Source: Candidatus Woesearchaeota archaeon
GTDB lineage: Archaea > Nanobdellota > Nanobdellia > Woesearchaeales > SKIA01
Direction: 5' to 3'
Assembly (NCBI GenBank): GCA_046704725.1
Contig: JBJKRI010000002.1
Span: 18,285 to 82,284, forward strand
Length of the DNA stretch: 64,000 nt
The translations under genes were made by a program, and so were the position numbers. Below are positions 1-9,033 of the stretch, piece by piece; the first letter of the stretch is position 1; each line of letters starts with the position of its first letter. The notes under the pieces are model-generated. The model was not told the origin of the DNA, searched no databases, and saw nothing but the letters and a program-made list of their open reading frames with translations.

Positions 1-300
1 AACCTGACGACGTTCGCGCAACAGAACCCCGACCAGATGAGCGGCTTCAAGGCCTTCATGGAGTCCGTCGAGAAGCCCGGCGTGCTCGATGTCAAGCAGA
101 AGCACTTGATCGCGACGGCGTGCTCGATATCCGCGCACTGCGAGTGGTGCATCAGCTTCCACGTGCGGGGGGCGCTCGATGCCGGAGCCACGCGCGAGGA
201 GGTCATGGAGTCGGCGTGGGTCGCGGTGCTCATGGGCGGCGGTCCCGCACTCATGTACATGCAGGGCGTGCTCGAGGCGCTCAAGGACTTCGGGCAGTAG
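1..300 (+). CDS. carboxymuconolactone decarboxylase / AhpD-like family protein, 5' partial
   Basis: Frame is open from window base 1. Sequence has HCEWCISFH (CxxC) and is AhpD-like. ORF 37..300 in track; probably starts upstream of window. Confidence 0.55.
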   Translation, partial: NLTTFAQQNPDQMSGFKAFMESVEKPGVLDVKQKHLIATACSISAHCEWCISFHVRGALDAGATREEVMESAWVAVLMGGGPALMYMQGVLEALKDFGQ

Positions 301-479
301 GTCCGGGTCTTGGGTTTCTAGCGGATTGGCGCGAGCATCGGCTTTCGTCTTGCAGGCACCGTTCGGCTCTAGATGGTCGGCGACATCCCCGGTGATGGAG
401 ACGCGTTTGATGAGGGTGCGGCGTTCGAGCGGGTCAGCGTCGAGCCAGGCGTTCCAGAATTCGTCAGCAAGGTCTTCGG

Positions 480-814
480 TCATCTCAGTCCACCAGTGCC
501 GTGAACCTGTGGATGAGGAGCTGCTGCGTGGCCGGCGCGATGCTGCCGATCTTGCCGAGCACGAGCTCTTTTCCGATCCGCAGCGGCGCGTCGGCGCGGA
601 TGGCGCTGTTGAGCGGGAGGCCGGATTCTTCCTTGCGGAGCTGGACGGACGTGTCGTTCGGCCGCGAGGTGATGGCGAAGACGAGGACGTCGGCGTGGCC
701 CTCGTTGTACCGGTCGTTCGAGAGGACGACCGCCGGTCGGCGCTTCATCCCGTGCTGGTCGCTGAAGGGGAAGGGCACCGTCACGATGTCTCGCTGCTTC
801 AGAGGCCCTTCCAT
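480..814 (-). CDS. mazF: MazF/PemK family endoribonuclease toxin
   Basis: 109 aa with the PemK-like pattern (IVTVPFPFSD...RPAVVLS...). Overlaps the upstream antitoxin by about 16 nt. Confidence 0.75.
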
Positions 815-1041
815 GCCTCGTCCTCCTCGGGCGTTTTCCAGACCCTCTTGAGTCCGCGCTCCGACAGCGTGAGCCAGCCCGCTTTCTCCACGAGCGCTTC
901 CACATCCTCTTGCTTGCGCAGCACGATGCCGTTCGCCGTCTCGAAGAGCGCGAGCCTGCTGCCTGCCGCGAGGCCGTACCTGTCCCGGATGCGCTCCGGG
1001 ATGACGAGCTGTCCCCGGCTCGAGAGCGTGATAAGTTCCAT
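799..1041 (-). CDS. mazE: AbrB/MazE-type (SpoVT-AbrB) antitoxin
   Basis: MELITLSSRGQLVIPERIRDRYGL... looped-hinge-helix pattern. Start moved to the internal Met (track ORF 799..1167 over-extends into the upstream repeat). Confidence 0.65.
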   Translation of the reverse strand: MELITLSSRGQLVIPERIRDRYGLAAGSRLALFETANGIVLRKQEDVEALVEKAGWLTLSERGLKRVWKTPEEDEAWKGL

Positions 1042-1133
1042 TGGATAAGTAAGATTTTCCTTATTCATAACTCTTGTGGTCAACGCGATCACCTTGGGGT
1101 TGGAGAGGTGCTGACGCTTGAAAAGGCATTCTC

Positions 1134-1196
1134 CCGTGGCTGTCCTGTGAGGACTTCCGAGATGCACGGAGGATTTCCGGAACGGGTGTTGATGGG
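1134..1196. promoter_or_regulatory. F1 upstream module copy 1 (about 55 bp conserved element with palindrome TTCCGGAA) upstream of mazEF on the minus strand
   Basis: Sequence ...ctgtcctgtgaggacttccgagatgcacggaggatttccggaacgg... is near-identical to copies at 1689, 17712 (reverse complement) and 19226 (reverse complement). Always about 60-150 bp upstream of a TA operon in the same relative orientation. Confidence 0.6.
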
Positions 1197-1217
1197 TGCT
1201 GTTCAGGTGTGTGACGC

Positions 1218-1472
1218 CTATTTTGGATAGCGATGGTCGGTGATGATTTTCTCCGGATACAGCTCTCGCCGTCTCTGGTCGAAGGAGAAGACGATCCTGT
1301 AGGGCCCGATCCGCACGCGGGAATGCCTCCTCAATGGTCCGCGCAGCCGCTTGTGGCGCGTCGGATCCTCCGCGACCTGCTCGATCTTCTTCAGGACACG
1401 TCGCCGTGCTTGGGCGTCGAGTCCCTTCAGATCGTCCGCGAATTCACGCGTCGGTAGGATCCTGTAGGTCAT
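1218..1472 (-). CDS. RelE/ParE superfamily toxin
   Basis: 84 aa, ...RIGPYRIVFSFDQ... RelE-like core. Overlaps the upstream small antitoxin gene. Confidence 0.65.
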   Translation of the reverse strand: MTYRILPTREFADDLKGLDAQARRRVLKKIEQVAEDPTRHKRLRGPLRRHSRVRIGPYRIVFSFDQRRRELYPEKIITDHRYPK

Positions 1473-1635
1473 TCCAGTCCGCGAAATCGCGGCGCCTGAC
1501 CTGCTCTTCCGAACGCTTCAAGGAGTCCATGAATCCCTTGTCCTGCGAGAGTTCGAGGGATTCGAGGAGCGCATCCGCCTCGTCACGGATATGCCTGAGC
1601 CCCTCCCGGGTCTCCTTGTCGACGCTCATATGCAT
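1444..1635 (-). CDS. putative antitoxin, small acidic protein
   Basis: 63 aa ORF immediately upstream of and overlapping the RelE-like gene. A TTTATC TATA-like box lies about 25 bp upstream of its start. Confidence 0.45.
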   Translation of the reverse strand: MHMSVDKETREGLRHIRDEADALLESLELSQDKGFMDSLKRSEEQVRRRDFADWNDLQDPTDA

Positions 1636-1688
1636 GGTCAGGTCCTCGCGGTAGATAAACCTACTGCATCCTGTTATACGTGCCTTGC

Positions 1689-1746
1689 GGCCGTGGCTGT
1701 CTTGTGAGGAATTCCGCGATGTACGGAGGATTTCCGGAACGGTGGG
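1689..1746. promoter_or_regulatory. F1 upstream module copy 2 (contains palindromes GGAATTCC and TTCCGGAA), upstream of the relBE-like operon 1635..1218
   Basis: ...gtcttgtgaggaattccgcgatgtacggaggatttccggaacgg...; same element as 1134, 17712, 19226. Confidence 0.6.
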
Positions 1747-1759
1747 TGGTCAGTATCCC

Positions 1760-2143
1760 TCACGCCTCGTCGATCTCTTTCTCCACCGCGGTCGCGCACG
1801 CATCGAAGGCTTTTTCCGCGAAGTCCAGAGCGTCGTCCGCTTCTGCGACCTGCGCGGCGTAGCCGTCGTAGTTGATCCTGTGCCGCACGCGCTTGACATT
1901 CTCGATGTACGCGAGCGGCCGCGCCGTCTCGATCTTCAGCCGTTCGAGCTCGGTGAGCTGCGTGCCGTGGTCCGTGCTCTTGATTCCGGCGAGCGAAAGG
2001 CGCGCTTCTCCGAGCATGCGGAACGCCTCGTAGACGTTGCGGACGATTGTCGCCGCCGTGGTGTCGTTGACGGGAATCTGCTGCGCTGCGGCGATGTCCC
2101 TGCGCGCTTGCTGCACGAGGTCGCGAGCGCGGCCAGGGTTCAC
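1760..2143 (-). CDS. HEPN domain protein (partner of the adjacent nucleotidyltransferase)
   Basis: C-terminal about 125 aa of track ORF 1760..2500 is helical and HEPN-like; the upstream part of that ORF is Arg-rich junk. Start is uncertain; a candidate GTG overlaps the MNT stop. Confidence 0.5.
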   Translation of the reverse strand: MNPGRARDLVQQARRDIAAAQQIPVNDTTAATIVRNVYEAFRMLGEARLSLAGIKSTDHGTQLTELERLKIETARPLAYIENVKRVRHRINYDGYAAQVAEADDALDFAEKAFDACATAVEKEIDEA

Positions 2144-2742
2144 GTACGCACCTCGAGGAATCCCTTGAGCACGATGCCGTTGGCGATGCTGTTGAACAGG
2201 TTCACCCCGATGCGGTTCCGGCAGAAGACATGGAGATTCACCTGTACGTCCTTCCTGTATCCGACCGTGGCTATGGTCGCGACGGGGACGATCTGCAGTT
2301 CGATGTCGTCGGGCACCTCCACAGCGATGTCGATATCGCTTCTCTCCGTGTCCTGTCCTGTCCTGTAGCTCCCGAAGAGGATCATGTTCTTCGCTTGCGG
2401 GATCTGCTGCTCTATGAGTCTGATGAGGCCGGATTCGTATATCGTCCGGAGGTTGTGTCCGATCTTCCGGCTGAGGTTGAAGATATGCTCGGTGTTGCAA
2501 CGCAGGCGGTGCATGCGTCCGAACACTTCCTTGTGGAGAAAGCCGCTCTCCACGAGCTGCGGGATGATCTCCTGCGCCGTTGACTTGGATATGCCCACTT
2601 GCTCGACGAGTTCGTTCACGCTCACGCCCTGGTCGGGGAAACTGAAGAACCAGAGCAGGATGCGTTCGAGGCTGTCCTTGAGCTCCTTGGCCTTCCGTTG
2701 CTCCTGCAGGCGTTCGGCGTCCCTAAGCGTCTTGAGCGGCAT
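2140..2742 (-). CDS. minimal nucleotidyltransferase (MNT) with N-terminal winged HTH
   Basis: GSYRTGQDTERSDIDIAVEV is the classic GS...DxD nucleotidyltransferase motif. N-terminus is HTH-like (VNELVEQVGISKSTAQEII). Confidence 0.7.
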   Translation of the reverse strand: MPLKTLRDAERLQEQRKAKELKDSLERILLWFFSFPDQGVSVNELVEQVGISKSTAQEIIPQLVESGFLHKEVFGRMHRLRCNTEHIFNLSRKIGHNLRTIYESGLIRLIEQQIPQAKNMILFGSYRTGQDTERSDIDIAVEVPDDIELQIVPVATIATVGYRKDVQVNLHVFCRNRIGVNLFNSIANGIVLKGFLEVRT

Positions 2743-2796
2743 ACTATCGGTACGCTATAGTACCATATAAAGTTTTTTATGTACCACCTGGTACTA

Positions 2797-3120
2797 TTAT
2801 GTACTGATTCGGACGCCTTCCCTGAAGCTGTTGGCGCTGTCCTTGCACAATATGAAGATGCAGGCGTCGTCCCGGAAAGGCTCCTTGTCGTCGATGGCTC
2901 GGAGAAGAGCGTCCTCCAAGCTCGATGCGGGACGCAGCGAGCCGTCCCAGACGAAGAAGAGACGGCGATAGTCGTTGTTGTTGAACTCCTCGACGAGGAT
3001 GAAGCGTTCGGAACTGGAGGCGAGGACGATGTGGGCGGTGACGAAATCCTCCGGATCGGCCCTGGTGAAATCCTCGGAGAAGATGTCGGTATCCATCAAT
3101 GCGCGGGCGAGCGGGTGCAT
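2797..3120 (-). CDS. hypothetical protein
   Basis: 107 aa acidic ORF with coding-like composition and no recognised domain. Confidence 0.3.
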   Translation of the reverse strand: MHPLARALMDTDIFSEDFTRADPEDFVTAHIVLASSSERFILVEEFNNNDYRRLFFVWDGSLRPASSLEDALLRAIDDKEPFRDDACIFILCKDSANSFREGVRIST

Positions 3121-3408
3121 GGATGCGGGAGAGGAGCGGAGGAGAATATCCGATTAATGGAATGCTTCGCGCCTTCACGGAACGCATTGAAAGCACGGCG
3201 TGTTCGTGTCTTTCAAGTATTTCGGAGAGTGGCGGGACAAAGCCAAATGAATCGCGGCGCCGAGAGCATGCAATTTGCCGATGATACGCGTGACTACGCG
3301 CCGAATTTATATAGCATGCTGGCAACAATTGTAGGAAGCATGGTGCACATCCTTCGAGACGGCAGTAAGTTCCTTCCCTGGGACCTCAATTCCGAGGAGG
3401 ATTAGAGC

Positions 3409-5448
3409 GTGTCCTACAAAGACTTGGACCTGCAGAATCGACCAGGCAGTTTTGATTCGACTAGAGACAATCTTATTCGGGACTTTTATATTCCCTGCCT
3501 GAGCCAGGCGCAGAGATATCGTCGGGTGGCAGGATTCTTCAATTCAGCTTCTTTCTGGGCTGCGATTACAGGCATTAGGAGGCTCATCTCGAACGGCGGG
3601 AAGATCCAGTTGGTTTGTAATGTCCACGTCAACTCTCAAGATGTCAAAGATTTAGAGGTCTATGCCCGGCACATGCAGGAAGATTTCGTGGACAATGTGG
3701 ATGCTGATGATACCCAGTTGTCACTATTGGGCTACCTGCTGAAAGAACAGATACTGGAGATGAAAATCGCCATAGTACCCACAGGGATATTGCATTCTAA
3801 ATGGGGGATATTCACAGATTCAGAGGACAATCATATTCTCTTCACAGGTTCCGAGAATGAAACCTATTCCGGTTGGAGCAGACACAGCGAACGGTTCGAC
3901 ACGCATCTAAGCTGGATTGAAAGCGATTACAATAGGTTCGTGCAGCCAAGTCTAAATGACTGGGATGCGGTCTGGTATGATCGCGCCGAGAACGTTAAGG
4001 TAATCCCCGTCCTCGAAGCTCTCAAGCGGAAATTGATTCAGGTGGCTGCCGATGGTCCTCAACAAGCGACTCGCATTGACGAACGGCTGGAAAGAGAGGC
4101 GCTGCAAAAAATTAAGCTTGGACGCGAACTAGCAACAGAGCTAGTGAACGAGAAATTGAGACCTTACCAGCATGAGGCGGTCGTAGAATGGATGTTCAAT
4201 GAGCGAAATGGCCTCTTCCATATGGCTACCGGCACGGGAAAGACCATCGCTGCTAAAGCGTGTATCCGAGTCCACAGCAGTAGGACTAATGGCGTAGTCG
4301 TCGTTGCTGCGCCCACACAGCTTCTGGTTCGGCAGTGGGTGTCGAGCCTGAACAAGTCAGGCATCTATGACGTTATCGAGGTGATGGATTCTAAACATAA
4401 GTGGATTCAGAATCTCAGGACAAGAATACAACGCAGAAATATGGGCCTGGATGAGACGGTGGTGATTGTTGCAACCTACAAATCATTTAGTGATGATGAT
4501 TTCCAGACCATACTGCAAGATTCAGGCCAAGAAATCCTTCTAATCGCGGATGAGGTGCACCATTCTTGGACAAGAAGCGTAAGAAGGCATCTTGATTCGA
4601 AATTCAAGTTTCGACTGGGATTGTCGGCCACTCCCGAACTTTTTTTCGATAAGGACGGCACAAAAGCGATGCAGGACTACTTCGGCGGAGTGGTATTCCG
4701 TTTCGCGATATCAGATGCTATTCCGCAATACCTAAGCCGCTACGAGTATTATGTCCGGGTGGCTTTTCTGAGTCAGGAAGAACTCGAGAGATTTAGACGA
4801 CTCTCTGCTCGGATCGCCAGCATCATCAGCAGCAATAAAGGAAAAGTGGATAATCGCGTCCTAGCCCTGTTGATGAAGAGGGCGCGGCTGGTTTCGGGCA
4901 GTGAAAACAAGTTACCTGTTCTAGACTCTCTATTGGATGATTTGCGTCCGCTCAAGCGAACAATCGTCTATTGCTCGCCCCGGCAGATATCAGATATCAA
5001 AAGACTGTTGAGATCTAAAGATATCCGCGCTCACCAAATCACATATCAAGAGCCTTTGCAGCAGAGGAAGAGATTAATTCAGCAATTCCTTGACAAGAGA
5101 CTCGACGCCATCATCGCGATGAAAGTACTCGATGAAGGCATTGATGTGCCAGGCATCTGGTCAGGCATCATCTGCGCGAGCAGCTCTAATCCTAATGAAT
5201 ATGTGCAGAGGAGGGGGCGTATTCTGAGGAAGTCTGACGACTGTCCGCTTCCCTCTATTTATGATATACTCATTATCCCCCATGACAATTGGGACGAATA
5301 CTCTGATTCGGATACCCACCTCCTGAGAAAAGAGCTCAAGCGAATTGAGGAATTCGCTTCAACAGCGGAAAATGGCGACAAAGCTATAAACGAGTTACAT
5401 CCATTATTCAATGTACTGAAGCAAAATGGCGAGACGAAGAATCAATAG
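3409..5448 (+). CDS. PLD-family (HKD) nuclease fused to SF2 DExH helicase (ResIII-type); SauUSI-like without a C-terminal reader domain
   Basis: HKD motif ILHSKWGIFTDSEDNHILFTGSENE in the first about 200 aa. Helicase motifs MATGTGKT (I), DEVHH (II), SAT (III), QRRGRILR (VI). GTG start; 679 aa. Confidence 0.8.
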   Translation: MSYKDLDLQNRPGSFDSTRDNLIRDFYIPCLSQAQRYRRVAGFFNSASFWAAITGIRRLISNGGKIQLVCNVHVNSQDVKDLEVYARHMQEDFVDNVDADDTQLSLLGYLLKEQILEMKIAIVPTGILHSKWGIFTDSEDNHILFTGSENETYSGWSRHSERFDTHLSWIESDYNRFVQPSLNDWDAVWYDRAENVKVIPVLEALKRKLIQVAADGPQQATRIDERLEREALQKIKLGRELATELVNEKLRPYQHEAVVEWMFNERNGLFHMATGTGKTIAAKACIRVHSSRTNGVVVVAAPTQLLVRQWVSSLNKSGIYDVIEVMDSKHKWIQNLRTRIQRRNMGLDETVVIVATYKSFSDDDFQTILQDSGQEILLIADEVHHSWTRSVRRHLDSKFKFRLGLSATPELFFDKDGTKAMQDYFGGVVFRFAISDAIPQYLSRYEYYVRVAFLSQEELERFRRLSARIASIISSNKGKVDNRVLALLMKRARLVSGSENKLPVLDSLLDDLRPLKRTIVYCSPRQISDIKRLLRSKDIRAHQITYQEPLQQRKRLIQQFLDKRLDAIIAMKVLDEGIDVPGIWSGIICASSSNPNEYVQRRGRILRKSDDCPLPSIYDILIIPHDNWDEYSDSDTHLLRKELKRIEEFASTAENGDKAINELHPLFNVLKQNGETKNQ

Positions 5449-5604
5449 GATTATTCTTGAAAAGATTGATGTTCTAGACGACCGTAAGCTTAAAGCATTT
5501 CTTACAGAGGTGATTGATCATGAGTTGTCTAATCTCGAGAACAGCAAAACACGCTACAAGGACGAGTACCTAGATTTGCTTGATAGGGTGGTGAGGTCGA
5601 CCTG

Positions 5605-7605
5605 ATGTGGATTTCGAATGTGGGGATTAGGAATTTCCGTCCGTTTTGCGGAGGAGACGATTATTTAGAGATTGATCTCCCACCGAAGTCGGCGCGGGCA
5701 ATTACTGTGGTGAAGGCGAAGTCTGACGTGGGAAAGACCACCTTTCTTTCAGCAATCGCGTGGTGTCTCTATGGTCGAGAGACTTCAGAGAACAAGGATA
5801 AAGAGCTCCCTCCTTTTAGCACATCACGATTATACGCCATGGGCGAGAAGGATATAGACAGCATGGAGGTAAGCCTAACGTTAAATGATGATGAGTCGAA
5901 CCTGCCCATTTACACTATCAAGAGAAGCCAGAATTTTCAGAAGTATACGGGCGATGATTCCGCGAACCAGCTGATTTCTCTTGGAGAGAGCTCTCTCGAA
6001 GTTGCGGAATGGGACGAGAAGAACAACTTCTTAGTTATCCCCGATTCCAGTGCGCAGAGGGTGGTGAACGAAATTCTTCCTGAAGAAATCCACTTGTTCT
6101 TCCTTTTTGAGGGTGAGAAACTAGAGAGGCATTTTAGTTTCATAGAACCCGAGACTGTCAGAGGAGCTATTGAGCGGACTTCTCAAATCGAGCAAGTGCA
6201 TCGTGCGATACGCCATCTCAACTCCGTTAAGGATAGCGTTTGGGACGAGGATGATCCCCAACCAGAGATGAAGGCGTTGCGCGAAGAAATTGACGGTCTG
6301 CAAGGACTTAACGATCAGAACGAGAGGAAACGACAGGAGCAGGAGAAAGAGATATCAGGCATGAATTCAGAGATATCCGATATCGATTCTTTCCTCGGAA
6401 AGCATGACGAAGAAGCGATTCAACAACTGAGTCTTGAAGCGCAAAGTATTGAAAAAGATTTTCAGCGGGAACGGGAAAAGCTGCGAGGCCTGAAAACCTC
6501 GTGGTCGAAAGAGGTTCTGTACGCTGCACCGCCGGCGCTCGGAGCAAAGAGCCTGTCGGAACTCCATCAAGCGCTTATCAACGAGCGTGCCAAGGACGCG
6601 CTCCAACCAAATATTGACAGCAGATCTCTCATGGATCTTTTGGAGCATAATCGATGTGTCTGCGGCCGATCTCTCGATCCGAATAACAAAGCAGATGAGA
6701 AACACATAGCACTAATCAAAAAGAAGCTGGAAGCTAACAAGCTCGACGAAGCAAGCGAATTAATCCGGGAAGGAGTCTTTAAGATACAGTCGGCATGGGA
6801 AAAAGCTTTGGGCTCTTTCGAGACCATTGAGGAATTCCATGAACAAGTGAAGGAGAAGAAGAAATATTTGAGGGAGAAGGAGTCCCTCCTGCAGGAGAAA
6901 CAAGAGCGGCTAGTATCCTTAGGAGATAACGTTGTTGAGACGAAGCAACGCAGAAAAAACGAGCTGGAGATGGCGAGGAGACGGTTAGAGGAGAGCAATG
7001 CCCGCCTCAAGCTAGCGATGCAAAACCGGGGAGTCGAAATCGCGCAGAAAAGAAGAGACCTGGAAAGGAAAGGCAGAAAGCTCAAGGGATACGAATTGTC
7101 GAAGAAAAAAGCGGCATTTCTTGACTCCTCCCTCGAAGCGCTAGAAAATATCCGCGATAGCATCCTCAGCGAGGTTCGCCAGAAGGTTCAGCAAGAGACG
7201 TGGAAAAGCTTCTCTAATATCCATTGGCTCAAAGACAAATATACAGACTTCATCATTACGTCGGATTACGAGCTCCGCCTTTGTGACTCTCAAGGAAGTA
7301 ATTGGATAGCTAATCTGGCAGGAGGACCGAAACAGATTTTTCTGCTATCCTTTATCGCGGCTCTGAACAAGGTATCGGGCTTCAGGTTCCCAGTACTCAT
7401 AGATACGCCGATGGCAAATCTCGATCAACAGCAGAGATTGAATGTCGCCTCTTTGCTGCCCATGTATCTCAAAGACTCTCAGGTTATCATTCTTGTGAAG
7501 GATCAGGAATACGGAGAAGAAATCCGCAAGCTGATACTGCCCAGACTATCTGAGGAGTACGAGTTCCGGATTAATGACGGATGCACGAAGGTGATACGGT
7601 GCTGA
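5605..7605 (+). CDS. Rad50/SbcC/DndD-like ABC ATPase with coiled coil and CxxC zinc hook
   Basis: N-terminal Walker A KAKSDVGKTTFLSAIAWCLYG. Central RCVCGRSL hook flanked by long K/E-rich coiled coils. C-terminal signature LAGGPKQ plus Walker B FPVLIDTPMANLD. Confidence 0.8.
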   Translation: MWISNVGIRNFRPFCGGDDYLEIDLPPKSARAITVVKAKSDVGKTTFLSAIAWCLYGRETSENKDKELPPFSTSRLYAMGEKDIDSMEVSLTLNDDESNLPIYTIKRSQNFQKYTGDDSANQLISLGESSLEVAEWDEKNNFLVIPDSSAQRVVNEILPEEIHLFFLFEGEKLERHFSFIEPETVRGAIERTSQIEQVHRAIRHLNSVKDSVWDEDDPQPEMKALREEIDGLQGLNDQNERKRQEQEKEISGMNSEISDIDSFLGKHDEEAIQQLSLEAQSIEKDFQREREKLRGLKTSWSKEVLYAAPPALGAKSLSELHQALINERAKDALQPNIDSRSLMDLLEHNRCVCGRSLDPNNKADEKHIALIKKKLEANKLDEASELIREGVFKIQSAWEKALGSFETIEEFHEQVKEKKKYLREKESLLQEKQERLVSLGDNVVETKQRRKNELEMARRRLEESNARLKLAMQNRGVEIAQKRRDLERKGRKLKGYELSKKKAAFLDSSLEALENIRDSILSEVRQKVQQETWKSFSNIHWLKDKYTDFIITSDYELRLCDSQGSNWIANLAGGPKQIFLLSFIAALNKVSGFRFPVLIDTPMANLDQQQRLNVASLLPMYLKDSQVIILVKDQEYGEEIRKLILPRLSEEYEFRINDGCTKVIRC

Positions 7606-8549
7606 AAATCAAAGATTTGAGGGAGGTGTTGGGGAGGAACCTCGGAATATCGTACGAAATGAGAGACAAGTTCAGACAGGTACTCTCAGGACACGTCTTT
7701 AGCACGGGAGAGTATGACCAGAAGACGATTTTTCTATTATCCGTTGCACTCGCGAAGTACATGAAACAGAAGAGGAAACCCTTCAAAGGAGGCTCCACTA
7801 CCAAGAGAATTGGGCTTGTGAACATCAGTTCGTTAGAAGACGAGGAACTGTGGTACTTGGCATCAGTCGCGTTCGAAGAAACCAGAAGTCTGAAGACGCT
7901 TACGGATGGCCCGGAACTGAGAAAGATATGTGAAGAGTACGCCCACAGAGGTATCGATGAGCTTCTTAAGCTCACCCACGAATTTGGAACACAAGATGGA
8001 TTTGTGCTCAGGCTTGAGGCGCTTAGCCGAGAGGCTATGAAGAAATCGACGATTTCAGTTAGCGGTACTGCAGTATCCAATCTACGAGCTCTTGTGGAGC
8101 TAGGTGAGAAAATAAACCTCGAGTTCAAATCTACTCTTAGAATCAACTTGCACACCAAGAAGCCAGACAAGGAGATTACCTTCTCGGTGCTAAAGACTAT
8201 CGCCGCTTTTTTGAACACTGGAGGGGGAACTCTCTTGATTGGCTATAACGAGAAGGACGACTCTTTTCTGGACGTTTCGACAGACAACTTTCCCGATAGC
8301 GACAAGTATGAGCTTTTTCTTGTCAACCAGATACGGGATCGAATCGGTTCTGACTACACATCGTTCATCAAGATGCGCTTCTCCACGGCAGAAGGGCATA
8401 CAGTATACGTAGTCGACTGTGAGCCCTCGCCCAGTCCTGCGTATGTAAAGGAATCGGATAAAGAGAAGTTCTTTATCAGGCAAGGTCCCTCAACTCAAGA
8501 GTTAACGGGAAGCGCTATGGCAAAGTTCCTCAAGGACCGCTTCGAATAG
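7581..8549 (+). CDS. AlbA_2 (Schlafen-like, divergent AAA_4) domain protein
   Basis: C-terminal ...EFKSTLRINL...VLKTIAAFLNTGGGTLLIGYNEKDD... matches the AlbA_2 core. Start overlaps the end of the upstream ATPase gene by 25 nt, suggesting translational coupling. Confidence 0.65.
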   Translation: MHEGDTVLKIKDLREVLGRNLGISYEMRDKFRQVLSGHVFSTGEYDQKTIFLLSVALAKYMKQKRKPFKGGSTTKRIGLVNISSLEDEELWYLASVAFEETRSLKTLTDGPELRKICEEYAHRGIDELLKLTHEFGTQDGFVLRLEALSREAMKKSTISVSGTAVSNLRALVELGEKINLEFKSTLRINLHTKKPDKEITFSVLKTIAAFLNTGGGTLLIGYNEKDDSFLDVSTDNFPDSDKYELFLVNQIRDRIGSDYTSFIKMRFSTAEGHTVYVVDCEPSPSPAYVKESDKEKFFIRQGPSTQELTGSAMAKFLKDRFE

Positions 8550-8961
8550 CATTCTCGACTTTTTGAGGAATCTCGTCCAGCCGAAGAACATCGTGTTCCC
8601 AAACCCTAATCACACTCCAACCTCGCTCCTCAAACCATTCGTCCTTCTCGCGGTCCCGCTCCACGTTCCGCGCGAGCTTCGGCCCCCAATACTCAACGTT
8701 CGATTCCGGCATCCGGAAGTGCTCCGGGCACTTGTGCCAGAAGCAGCCGTCCACGAATATCACCGTCCGACGCGACACCATCGTGATGTCGGGCCTGCAG
8801 CGTATCTCCGGGAAGTACTTGTGCAGGGAATACCTGTATCCCGCGCGGTGCAGCGCCCTCCGGAGCCGTAGCTCCGGCTTCGTGTCCTTCCCGCGCACCC
8901 GCGACATGATGCGGCTGCGCACCGCCTTCGACACCGTATCCACTGGACAGCCGTGGTGGAC
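8530..8961 (-). CDS. vsr: very short patch repair endonuclease
   Basis: ...SRVRGKDTKPELRLRRALH...VIFVDGCFWHKCPEH... matches the Vsr family (E. coli FTHGCFWH). The track ORF is longer (to 9180) and the start is uncertain. Confidence 0.75.
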   Translation of the reverse strand, partial: VHHGCPVDTVSKAVRSRIMSRVRGKDTKPELRLRRALHRAGYRYSLHKYFPEIRCRPDITMVSRRTVIFVDGCFWHKCPEHFRMPESNVEYWGPKLARNVERDREKDEWFEERGWSVIRVWEHDVLRLDEIPQKVENAIRSGP

Positions 8962-9033
8962 GCCTTCATAAAAGCGTTTGGCGTATGGATGCCCAGCGAT
9001 CGAAAGGATTATAAAGCGCGTCCGAGAGGCTGA

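Noticed and set aside
179-1048. 289-aa plus-strand ORF spanning the mazEF region
   Set aside because: Arg/Ser-rich low-complexity translation, antisense to two well-supported TA genes. Typical high-GC spurious ORF.
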